A DNA stretch of 32,000 nucleotides from Rubeoparvulum massiliense (lineage in GTDB: Bacteria > Bacillota > Bacilli > Rubeoparvulales > Rubeoparvulaceae), in the NCBI RefSeq assembly GCF_001049895.1, contig NZ_CVPE01000006.1, positions 1,154,836 to 1,186,835 of the forward strand, given 5' to 3'. A model generated the notes under the pieces. The model saw nothing but the letters and a program-made list of their open reading frames with translations. It did not search any database and was not told the DNA's origin. The translations under genes and the position numbers were made by a program. Shown here in pieces: positions 17,490 to 25,659 of the stretch; positions within the stretch are counted from its first letter, which is position 1, and the number at the start of each line of letters is the position of its first letter.

Positions 17490-18116
17490 CTATAAGGAAG
17501 GGTGCACTAAAGCATAGACTGCATACTCCGTTTCCTCAAGGAGCTGTTGCTGAAAGCTAGGAGAATGTGTGGGAAGATGATAAACTTCCTGCATCACTTG
17601 GAGATTGAGATAGGGCATTGTTATTAGACTCTGTATTTGCAAAGCAGTTACTTCAAGAGAAACGATCTGAAATTCTCCCTGAGATACTCCCCATTCTAGT
17701 AAAGTTACAAGATAGTACTTCTGCTTTGCAAGATAGGTACTCATTACCTCACGCATCAATGTGGAATCAACGGAAAGCTCTCGATGTACGAGGAGTGTTA
17801 CCTCTTGATTCTCCTGATAATACTGCATCAAGGCACGGAGATAGCGAAGTAAATAAGGAAGTACCTCCTCATGTTCATCTACTTCTTGAGGAAAGACCTC
17901 CCTGCTCGTTTGGAGAATGCCTTCGTAGAATTGGATGAATAATGATTCCAGGATACCTTGTTTATTTTTAAAATAGTAGGAAATTAAGGCGATATTAACA
18001 TCAGCACGTTCAGCAATCTGACGTACACTGGTTCCATGATACCCCTGATATTTGAACAGAGAAATAGCAGCATTAGTAATTGCTAGCTTCGTTTGGTCAC
18101 CTTTTTTACCCATCAT
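17490..18116 (-). CDS. TetR-family regulator, RefZ (YttP)-like by sequence pattern and position next to ezrA
   Basis: N-terminal TetR HTH (TSVRQIAERADVNIALISYYFKNKQGIL). FYEG and DSTLMREVMSTYLAKQKY segments resemble B. subtilis RefZ as I recall it. It sits between ezrA and the dgcP-like gene and rpsD, as yttP does in B. subtilis. Confidence 0.55.
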   Translation of the reverse strand: MMGKKGDQTKLAITNAAISLFKYQGYHGTSVRQIAERADVNIALISYYFKNKQGILESLFIQFYEGILQTSREVFPQEVDEHEEVLPYLLRYLRALMQYYQENQEVTLLVHRELSVDSTLMREVMSTYLAKQKYYLVTLLEWGVSQGEFQIVSLEVTALQIQSLITMPYLNLQVMQEVYHLPTHSPSFQQQLLEETEYAVYALVHPSL

Positions 18117-18228
18117 TCTACCCTCGTTTCAACAGCAGATCGTATGGACATTTTCATCTTTATTATTGACGATGTTGCTCTTAACTGCAAGGAGCGGAGT
18201 GATAACAATCGATGAATAAAGAAGACTT

Positions 18229-18259
18229 GAAAAAGTCCTGCCCTAGGCAAGACTTTTTT
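18229..18259 (-). terminator. Intrinsic (potentially bidirectional) terminator after the AtuA-like pair
   Basis: Hairpin gtcctgccctaggcaagac (18235-18253) flanked by an A-run (18229-18234) and a T-run (18254-18259). It lies 12 nt beyond the stop of the 120-aa gene. Confidence 0.6.
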
Positions 18260-18270
18260 GCACTGACTAT

Positions 18271-18633
18271 TTATCTTGTGTAGTGAGGGACTAAATGCTC
18301 TTCTGTACATAACTCCTCTGGAATCTCGATGACAAGCCGCAAAAGGATGGAGCCAAATGATTTTCCTAAGTTATCACTACGAAGTGAGGAGGCTGCTCCT
18401 CCGCCTAATGCTTCCTCTAAGATAAATTTTAATCCTAGCACATTAGGAACCTCATAGCGAGTAACCGGTCCCTGCACCAATGGAGAGAAATGCTCCTTGA
18501 CTCGGTTCGCTGTAACCTCTCGAACAAAGATCTCATACATTTCTGGGGTACGTGCAAAGAGTCCAATATCACAGGTGTTCCCTTTATCTCCGGAGCGAAC
18601 ATACGCCAGATCCCGTAATCGTAATTGCGCCAT
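18271..18633 (-). CDS. Small AtuA-C-terminal-like (DUF4387-type) protein
   Basis: LRDLAYVRSGDKGNTCDIGLFA...VTRYEVPNVLGLKFILEEALGGGAASSLRSDNLGKSFG matches the small domain usually found beside or fused to DUF1446/AtuA. It starts 3 nt after the upstream gene ends. Confidence 0.6.
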   Translation of the reverse strand: MAQLRLRDLAYVRSGDKGNTCDIGLFARTPEMYEIFVREVTANRVKEHFSPLVQGPVTRYEVPNVLGLKFILEEALGGGAASSLRSDNLGKSFGSILLRLVIEIPEELCTEEHLVPHYTR

Positions 18634-18636
18634 CCC

Positions 18637-20004
18637 TTACACCTCCACCACATCATGAACTACTCTCGTCTCAACCCATTCCCGTGGAATTAATGCAGAA
18701 GCTAATTGACTTAGTGCTCGGGCAGACCACATACTGGACAATCCTCCAATAAACGGTGGACCATTTAATGCTAAGGGCGGAAAGAGGCGACCAAAGCGTT
18801 CAGCATCCTCTTTCCTTTCTGTTTTTACGGCAACACGCAGATAACACTCATTCAATTCCTCCTCGTTCACCCCGTGAGCCAATGGCCCATGTAATGAATT
18901 AAGGCCTAGAAACTCATGATGAAAGGCTTGGAGTGGAATTTGCTGCAGTTGGGTCTGCTTCTGGATAATTTGGAGAACTTTTTCACACTTGGCTTTGGCA
19001 TCCGGCCAGGAGTAGCCCACCATTCCTTGACCCATGTAGCCATCAGAGATGCCCATCACCGCTTTGAGTGTTGGTGGTGCTGCTGTTCCACGTGCGCCAA
19101 GGATTCGAACCTGATTCTCCCCTTCTTGGTGAAAAGCGACTTGGGAAAAGTCACAGGTCACATCTGGGGTAAGGTATTCCGCGGGATTGTGAAGCTCATA
19201 GAGGAATTGTTCCCGTACTGTCTCAACACTCACACGTCCCCCTGTCTGAGGGGGTTTCGTTAATAATGCGGAACCATCCTCAGACACTTCGCATAAGGGA
19301 TAACCAATCTCCTCATAGCCCTCAATGTTCCACCAATCCCCGCTGAAATTCCCTCCTGTAGATTGGGCAGAGCATTCCATCAGATGACCTAATAGGACGC
19401 CCTGCGCTAGCTTATCCCAATCATCAGGCCTCCACTTCAGTTCATAGATCATCGGGGCTAAAAATTGTGCAGAATCTGTTGTCCGACCAGTAATCACGAT
19501 ATCTGCTCCTGCTTCAAGGCAGCGAACAATGGGAGTCGCGCCTAAATAAGCATTGGCAAACAACAACCGCTCTGTATAGGCTTGTGAGTTGAGGGTTTCT
19601 CCATTACACCGCCATTTCACACCCTTTTCACCTAATTCATGGAGGAATGGAACCAAATTGTCCCCCGTAGCAATGCCGATACGTAGATCATGAATTCCTA
19701 GTTCACGGGCGATCTGTACAGCCAAATCTCTGGCACCAACAGGATTGATTCCTCCGGCGTTGGTAATTAATTTGATCCCCTTCTCCTTCACATAGGGAAG
19801 CAAAGTACGCAAGGTCACTGCAAAATCCTTTGGAAAACCACCTCGTGGATTTTTCTTCGCATCCTTATGCAGAATGGCCATGGTCAACTCTGCAAGGGTG
19901 TCGAAGCAGATATATTGAACATCCCCATACCTTGCCATTCGTAGTGCTCCATCTACTGTATCCCCATAAAAACCCTGCCCTGCACCAATTCGTATTGACT
20001 TCAT
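18637..20004 (-). CDS. Acyclic-terpene-utilisation AtuA-family protein (DUF1446)
   Basis: 455 aa. MKSIRIGAGQGFYGDT N-terminus, TLAELTMAIL, ITNAGGINP and ITGRTTDSA segments are typical of DUF1446/AtuA-like proteins. Biochemical function unknown. Confidence 0.7.
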   Translation of the reverse strand: MKSIRIGAGQGFYGDTVDGALRMARYGDVQYICFDTLAELTMAILHKDAKKNPRGGFPKDFAVTLRTLLPYVKEKGIKLITNAGGINPVGARDLAVQIARELGIHDLRIGIATGDNLVPFLHELGEKGVKWRCNGETLNSQAYTERLLFANAYLGATPIVRCLEAGADIVITGRTTDSAQFLAPMIYELKWRPDDWDKLAQGVLLGHLMECSAQSTGGNFSGDWWNIEGYEEIGYPLCEVSEDGSALLTKPPQTGGRVSVETVREQFLYELHNPAEYLTPDVTCDFSQVAFHQEGENQVRILGARGTAAPPTLKAVMGISDGYMGQGMVGYSWPDAKAKCEKVLQIIQKQTQLQQIPLQAFHHEFLGLNSLHGPLAHGVNEEELNECYLRVAVKTERKEDAERFGRLFPPLALNGPPFIGGLSSMWSARALSQLASALIPREWVETRVVHDVVEV

Positions 20005-20079
20005 CCTATCCCTCCCTCTTCCTATACCATATGTATACGGAAGAGTTCAGACAATTCCTTCTAATGATGGTTAGAGAAG

Positions 20080-20116
20080 TAAAAAAATAGATGCCTACCC
20101 GAACTACATAGGCATC
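20080..20116 (-). terminator. Intrinsic terminator downstream of the GGDEF gene
   Basis: Stem gatgccta (20090-20097) / taggcatc (20109-20116). On the minus strand it is followed by a T7 run (plus-strand A-run 20081-20087). Confidence 0.65.
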
Positions 20117-20128
20117 TTCTTCATATTT

Positions 20129-22669
20129 TTAATCTGCAACCACCACAAGATTTTTACCACTATTTTTTGCTTTGTACATGGCCTTATCGGCATAGTAGAA
20201 AAGTTCCTCGCCTTCTAAATCGCGTTCACCATGCTTCCATGTGGTTACGCCAATGGAAAGTGTTACCTTGGGCTGAGAGGTCGCTTCAACCCGTTGCCGA
20301 ATCCGCTCGGCCACTTGCTTCGCTGAAGAGATCTCACAGCGTGGTAGATAGATGGCAATCTCTTCTCCTCCCCAACGTGCTGCAACATCACCTTCTCGAA
20401 TACTATTTTTCACGGTCTGTGCAACAAATTGGAGTAGCTCGTCCCCCTTTTGATGTCCATACGTATCATTTACCTTCTTGAAATCATCAATATCGATGAG
20501 AATAAATGAGCCAAATCCATCTCGCTCTTGTGAAACCACAATCTGATCATTGAGGTAATGACGCGCATACAGTTGCGTCAATTGATCCGTGATCACCATT
20601 TGCTCCAAGCGTTGATGGAGAATGGCATTATTCACAGCCAAGGATGAGTGTTGAGCAATTAACTGAAGCAGTTGGTAATCATTATAGGTAAAAGCAAATG
20701 GCTTCTCTGAAAAAACGATCAAGCATTGCATCGTTAGCCCATCCGTTCTTATGGGAATTCCCATCACTGAACGGACGATGTAATTCTCCCGAATGGGGCA
20801 TGATTCATCCGACTGAATTAAACCCTCCCCCCTCGCTAAACACTGACATAGTCTATCGAGCAAGGGTTCTAGTGTCAGTTGTCCTAATTCATCACTAGAG
20901 ATCGCGTCGATGGTATATCGCTCACTGCTGTCTGGATTGTGATGGATAATCATGGAATTGGCATTAAAGGTTGTGGCCATCTTCTTTACCAGATAGACTA
21001 GCACTTCATTTAATTGTAATTTTTTATTCAGCTCCTGGGTGATCTGATTCACGATTTTTAGTTCACGAATCAGTTCACGAGATTGCTGATAAAGCTGAGC
21101 ATTCTCAAAAGCATGCCCTGCAGTCTCTGCAAGTAGCGTGATGAACGCTACCTCATCTTCTGCCAAGTAAGTACCTGGCTCCGAATAGATATGAAAAACG
21201 CCATAGCTGCCCTGTTTCCCCAGTAAGGGTACAGCTAAGGATACCCCAGTGGTTTGCTCCTGATGTATGACTCTTCCTTCCATAAATGCACGTAAATAGA
21301 TCTCTTGTTCCTGTTGGGAAAACTGAAGAATTTTGACGGGCACTTCAATTTCAAAGGTATCTGCCGTTAAATAGAGATCCACATGTAATTCTGGATAGAG
21401 CTGATCAATGCTCTCGATGATCGTTTTTAAAACCTCATTGAGGTTAAACGTGGAATAGAGTTTCTGTGACACATGATACAAGATATCTCGTTTATGCACA
21501 GCCTGCTCTACCTCTTGATGAACAAGGGCTTGATGAAGAGATGCCGCAATCTCTTTGACCAACCGCGAAAGCAATTGCTGCTCATCTTCTTGTAGCATCA
21601 GATATTGTTTACTATGGATGAGGATGAAACCCATCAACTCTCGCTTATGAGAGAGTGGTAATAAGATAAAACTGGAAAAATCTAATTGCTCCATGCCAGG
21701 GAAGAGCTTTAATAATTGCTGATAACGAGCACGATTGTGGGTCACAAACTCTTGCTTAATAAAAATTTCCTGATATAACTCTGCCGTCTCCTCATTCTGC
21801 TGTTGAATAGGCAAGTGTAAGGTAGGGAGTTTTTTCCCTTCTGAATGCCATGCTAGATGAAGTACTCTGTCTTTTTGACCCACTAAGCCAATGGAGATAT
21901 TGCCCTTACGAAGTATCCGTTCCAATTCTACAGCTAATTTTGACAGCATCTGGTTAACATTAAGACGTTCATGCATTTCTTTAATCAATCCCGAGTATTT
22001 ACGCTCAATATTGATTTCCTGATGCAAATTAATTTGGCTATCTTCTTGACAGCAATGGAGTAATGTCCGTTCAACCATGGTAGAGAAGTGCAATAAGGAT
22101 GTAAATGGATCCACCGATGTAATAGGCTTCACAAGAAATGCAAAAGCCCCTATGGTTTCACCATGTACTATAATAGGAAAGGCAAAGGAATTAAACTCCT
22201 GCAAAAAAGGTGCATCATGTTCTGTACCACATACTAAGGCTGAGTGACCTGAACGTATACACATACTAATAGCGGATAGGCCTACCGTTCGCAATCCCCA
22301 TTTCCCGAAGCGATAGATATTACAGGTTTCCCCTTGTTTTGTTGAGACAACAATGCCATTACGGTCCGTAATTAAATAGGTCGCATGAGGGTAATAAACA
22401 GGATCCAGCTTACACACATCCATAAGTAATTGAAATATACGGCGAAGAAAGCCATAGTCCTGAACCTGACTCATGGGTACTACAGAAGGGTAGTGGGGTT
22501 CATGATCTACGAATAAAGCAGCGGTTTCTTCTTGAAGTGTGTGCAACCACTGGTTCTGTATTCCTTTTTTTTCTTCAATATGCATAAGGATGTGTCCCCG
22601 CTCCTTCCCAAGCTGTTCTATATGCGGTAATTCAAATAATTTTTTCATACTTTTTATATATATTAACAT
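20129..22669 (-). CDS. Multi-GAF-domain diguanylate cyclase (GGDEF), DgcP/YtrP-like
   Basis: C-terminal GGDEF domain: DQLTQLYARHYL, FILIDIDDFKKVNDTYGHQKGD, active-site RWGGEEIAIYLP, and an RxxD I-site (REGD) five residues upstream of GGEE. About 650 aa of repeated GAF-like sensory modules precede it. It lies next to rpsD as ytrP does in B. subtilis. The start codon is uncertain because no clear RBS precedes either of the first two ATGs. Confidence 0.8.
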   Translation of the reverse strand: MLIYIKSMKKLFELPHIEQLGKERGHILMHIEEKKGIQNQWLHTLQEETAALFVDHEPHYPSVVPMSQVQDYGFLRRIFQLLMDVCKLDPVYYPHATYLITDRNGIVVSTKQGETCNIYRFGKWGLRTVGLSAISMCIRSGHSALVCGTEHDAPFLQEFNSFAFPIIVHGETIGAFAFLVKPITSVDPFTSLLHFSTMVERTLLHCCQEDSQINLHQEINIERKYSGLIKEMHERLNVNQMLSKLAVELERILRKGNISIGLVGQKDRVLHLAWHSEGKKLPTLHLPIQQQNEETAELYQEIFIKQEFVTHNRARYQQLLKLFPGMEQLDFSSFILLPLSHKRELMGFILIHSKQYLMLQEDEQQLLSRLVKEIAASLHQALVHQEVEQAVHKRDILYHVSQKLYSTFNLNEVLKTIIESIDQLYPELHVDLYLTADTFEIEVPVKILQFSQQEQEIYLRAFMEGRVIHQEQTTGVSLAVPLLGKQGSYGVFHIYSEPGTYLAEDEVAFITLLAETAGHAFENAQLYQQSRELIRELKIVNQITQELNKKLQLNEVLVYLVKKMATTFNANSMIIHHNPDSSERYTIDAISSDELGQLTLEPLLDRLCQCLARGEGLIQSDESCPIRENYIVRSVMGIPIRTDGLTMQCLIVFSEKPFAFTYNDYQLLQLIAQHSSLAVNNAILHQRLEQMVITDQLTQLYARHYLNDQIVVSQERDGFGSFILIDIDDFKKVNDTYGHQKGDELLQFVAQTVKNSIREGDVAARWGGEEIAIYLPRCEISSAKQVAERIRQRVEATSQPKVTLSIGVTTWKHGERDLEGEELFYYADKAMYKAKNSGKNLVVVAD

Positions 22670-22835
22670 GAAAACAAGGGTTAATGTAGTTAATAGTCCC
22701 TAAATTAATTAACTTAGCGAAGAAATTCACTTCAAATTGATTCTTTATTACTATCAGTATTATATACCTTTATTCGCGTTCATTGCATCCTGATAGAATG
22801 AAAGAAGCTTTCTTGGATCTTTCTGTTTTCTTTCC

Positions 22836-22864
22836 TTGACATTTAGTGGTTCACTCATTATATT
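22836..22864 (+). promoter_or_regulatory. Candidate sigma-A promoter of rpsD
   Basis: TTGACA (22836-22841), 17-bp spacer, TATATT (22859-22864). It lies about 200 nt upstream of the rpsD ATG. Confidence 0.5.
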
Positions 22865-23071
22865 ATATGTGTTGTACTGTATATATAAAGGGTAGCAACG
22901 ATACTAGGTAAAAACGATATGTAACCCTCTTAAGTTTGTCCCTTACAGGTGGCGGCTGTACCTGTAGAGGCGTCCATTGCAAGAACGCTACCGCTTGAAG
23001 TATGGATACTAGACAGAACTTGCATATCGGAAGTAAACACCTAAATATCAATCATAAAGGAGAAATTACAC
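22865..23071 (+). promoter_or_regulatory. rpsD 5' leader (probable S4 autoregulatory mRNA structure)
   Basis: A long untranslated leader containing stems, e.g. tacaggt...acctgta and gggtagc...gctaccg, ending in the AAAGGAGA RBS. A long leader with S4-mediated autoregulation is established for B. subtilis rpsD. I have not folded the structure here. Confidence 0.45.
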
Positions 23072-23674
23072 ATGGCTCGTTATACTGGCCCAATTTGGAA
23101 AAAATCACGCCGTTTCGGAATCTCCATTACCGGTACTGGCAAAGAGTTGAACAAGCGCCCATACGCTCCTGGTCAACATGGTCCCAATCAGCGTAAAAAG
23201 ATGTCTGAGTACGGCTTGCAATTGAATGAAAAGCAAAAGCTTCGTTACATGTATGGCATGAACGAAAAGCAATTTGCTCGTTTATTTGAACGTGCAGGTA
23301 AGATGGAAGGCGTCCATGGTGAGAACTTCTTAACCTTGCTCGAATGCCGTCTTGATAACCTTGTATATCGCATCGGATTTGCTCGCACACGTCGTGCTGC
23401 TCGCCAATTAGTATCTCATGGTCACGTTACCGTGAACGGTAAGAAAGTGGATATTCCATCCTACCACGTAAGACTTGGTGAAGTGATCGGCTTACGGGAG
23501 CGTTCCCGTGACCTGCAAATCGTGAAGGAAGCATTGGATGAAAATGTTTTCCGTCCAGAGTACCTCAATTTCGACGAAAACAAATTAGAAGCAACCTTTA
23601 CTCGTCTTCCTGAACGCTCTGAGCTTCCACAAGAAATCGACGAAAAACTTATCGTTGAGTTCTACTCACGTTAA
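23072..23674 (+). CDS. rpsD: 30S ribosomal protein S4
   Basis: [26 protein letters not shown]...S4-domain [38 protein letters not shown]. 200 aa. Unmistakable. Confidence 0.98.
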   Translation: MARYTGPIWKKSRRFGISITGTGKELNKRPYAPGQHGPNQRKKMSEYGLQLNEKQKLRYMYGMNEKQFARLFERAGKMEGVHGENFLTLLECRLDNLVYRIGFARTRRAARQLVSHGHVTVNGKKVDIPSYHVRLGEVIGLRERSRDLQIVKEALDENVFRPEYLNFDENKLEATFTRLPERSELPQEIDEKLIVEFYSR

Positions 23675-23706
23675 TATTAGCATTAAGCATTTTAATGCAA
23701 ATAAAG

Positions 23707-23745
23707 CCCTTGAAATGTTGTTAATCAACGTTTCAGGGGTTTTTT
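23707..23745 (+). terminator. rpsD intrinsic terminator
   Basis: 14-bp stem cccttgaaatgttg / caacgtttcagggg (two G-U pairs), loop ttaat, followed by a T6 run. Confidence 0.85.
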
Positions 23746-23797
23746 ATTAATATTTATTTTACACAAAGATAAAGTCCTTTATAATGGGTAAAGTTAG

Positions 23798-24391
23798 GTG
23801 GTAACCCGTACAAATCCACTTAAAAGGACACACATGGACAAGATTACACAAAAAAATCATTTGGGCAATGCTTTTCACCAAGAAATCGAAAGTCTGCCTG
23901 CACTGGACGATTGTCTTTTTAATGAGCATCTTCAAAAAGGCATCGATCTTTATTCTATAAGTGTTTCTCAGCTGTCAATACGATTAAATGGCATGAATCT
24001 AGATATATTTCAAAGGCTATTCCTTGATTTAGTTTTACAAAAAATACCGCAAAACAAAGGTGGGTGTAAAGTTGCACCTACGTCTAGTGTTTATGGAGAA
24101 AGGGAATCTTATCCTGAAAAAACCGTGCTAACAACCACGAAAGAACGTGACCGTGGCTACTTGGATTACAAGCGTTTATGACCGTATGACAGATGATGGT
24201 TACTTATTCCTTTCTAGGCTACGAAAAAAAGCTGCCATCAGGAAGTTTATGACTTTAAACTCCCAGAAGATACAGCAGTTATATCGGATCGAATGGTGTT
24301 GATTGGAATAAGTCAAACACGTGCTGAAAATTATTTTCGCTTACTAAAAAGCCAAGGATACAAAAGTGAATTAATTCCATCCAATTACTAA
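23798..24391 (+). pseudogene. Decayed coding remnant(s): one 127-codon ORF followed by fragments in shifted frames
   Basis: The tracked ORF 23798-24181 has a likelier ATG at 23834. Protein-like stretches continue after its stop in other frames: WITSVYDRMTDDGYLFLSRLRKKAAIRKF, then YDFKLPEDTAVISDRMVLIGISQTRAENYFRLLKSQGYKSELIPSNY ending at 24391. Several stops and frameshifts interrupt them. Identity uncertain (see finding). Confidence 0.3.
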
Positions 24392-24663
24392 TCGTTTTGA
24401 TTTGAGTGCCAAAGAAATTCCAGAGTCGTTGTCACACAGGTCTAATTGTAAATAAAGGCCAAATTGATGGAACTACCTTTAATTGGGTATTTACTTCTTT
24501 GGCTCTATACGAGAAAAATATTGAAATTGAAATTTCAAATATTATTTATGCAACACTAGTGATAAAAATTAGTGCCTTGATGAAGGGATCCACCTTAGAA
24601 TGTTTCCAAGAAAGAAACATTCCTATTAAAGGAAAAATTTTAGACTGTAAGTAGAATATTTTT

Positions 24664-25659
24664 TTACACGTAATAAATTATATTAGGGCTACTTGTACTT
24701 TTATGTGGTCCTAAACATAATTCATACTGATATCCATTGCGAATTTTAATTGTCGACTTTACTGCTATTGTACAAGTTTTATTCAATGGAATCCTTTTAA
24801 GATTGAAATTTCCAATCCTTATTCCAGTTATGTAACAATAACCACTATTTTTTGCGTTTTTTATCACTAGTTGTTTTGTAGTTGGATCGATTGTCTGGTC
24901 AATGACATTAATCACAATTATTGCCTCTTGATTCTTAGAAGCATTACAAGATCTCAAAACGTCTGTAACAGTGATGACAGAGCTTGGGTTAGTGTCCTCA
25001 ATGTACTTTCTGAAAATCTCGGTCTCAATATATTTTTCAATTAAGTTAATCATACATTTAAACAAATGAATTAGTAGTGTCATCTGTTTTGAATTTAACT
25101 GTTCACCTATTTCCATTTTATACGTATGCGAAATCGTATTTCTTAAATCCACAACAAGTTGTAAGTAACCAATTGCTGATTCTGATAGTTTGGTTGAGAT
25201 ATTTGTATGAACTGGAATGAGACCAGAACTTTTCAATAAGTTAATTATATTCTTAATATCTACTGATTTATCTATCAATGAAGTGAGAGTGTTAATATCG
25301 AGTCCTATAATTTTGATTAATTCTGCAAACTCATTCCAATTAAGATTATTCGACTGACATAAAATTTCTTTTTTTACTTTAGTATCTTTAATATCTTTCA
25401 TAAACTCCCTGGATAGGTAAGATTTACCAAAACTTTTCTTTAAGTATCTTTTTATAAATTCCTCTGTATGCAAAATATACTCGTAGTCAAAGTATGTATC
25501 ATAAATCTCATCCTTGGCATACGTTTCCCAAATAGTATAAAGTGATAAAATGAAATTTCTAGTTACTATTTTTTCTAATCTTTTTGATGGGTACTTTTTC
25601 TTAAGTTCTATTGTTCTTAATAATTCATCCAATGTCTCAAAAGCTACATTCTTGCTCAT
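24664..25659 (-). CDS. HEPN-domain protein (RiboL-PSP / MAE_18760-like, R-x4-H) with an unassigned ~105-aa C-terminal domain
   Basis: 331 aa. An all-helical N-terminal region of ~215 aa contains VVDLRNTISHTY, i.e. the HEPN RNase motif R173-x4-H178 (nt 25126-25143). The start ATG overlaps the stop of the upstream DUF262 gene (ATGA). Strongly AT-rich. Confidence 0.7.
   Translation of the reverse strand: MSKNVAFETLDELLRTIELKKKYPSKRLEKIVTRNFILSLYTIWETYAKDEIYDTYFDYEYILHTEEFIKRYLKKSFGKSYLSREFMKDIKDTKVKKEILCQSNNLNWNEFAELIKIIGLDINTLTSLIDKSVDIKNIINLLKSSGLIPVHTNISTKLSESAIGYLQLVVDLRNTISHTYKMEIGEQLNSKQMTLLIHLFKCMINLIEKYIETEIFRKYIEDTNPSSVITVTDVLRSCNASKNQEAIIVINVIDQTIDPTTKQLVIKNAKNSGYCYITGIRIGNFNLKRIPLNKTCTIAVKSTIKIRNGYQYELCLGPHKSTSSPNIIYYV

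Noticed and set aside
22863-23196. Tracked ORFs 22863-23051 (-), 23002-23196 (+) and 23127-23390 (-) in and around the rpsD leader and gene.
   Set aside because: They overlap the structured rpsD 5' leader or the unmistakable rpsD reading frame, and have no RBS or recognisable protein features.
24598-24622. 9-bp-stem hairpin gaatgtttc/gaaacattc about 40 nt downstream of the HEPN stop, considered as the operon terminator.
   Set aside because: No U-tract follows it on the minus strand (it is followed by taaggtgg), so I cannot call it a canonical intrinsic terminator. It may still be an RNA-stability element.
24406-24654. 82-aa ORF (GTG start) between the decayed fragments and the HEPN gene.
   Set aside because: It has no RBS and a non-ATG start, lies in very AT-rich sequence where random ORFs are common, and has no motif. 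It is more likely 3' UTR or intergenic sequence of the minus-strand operon.
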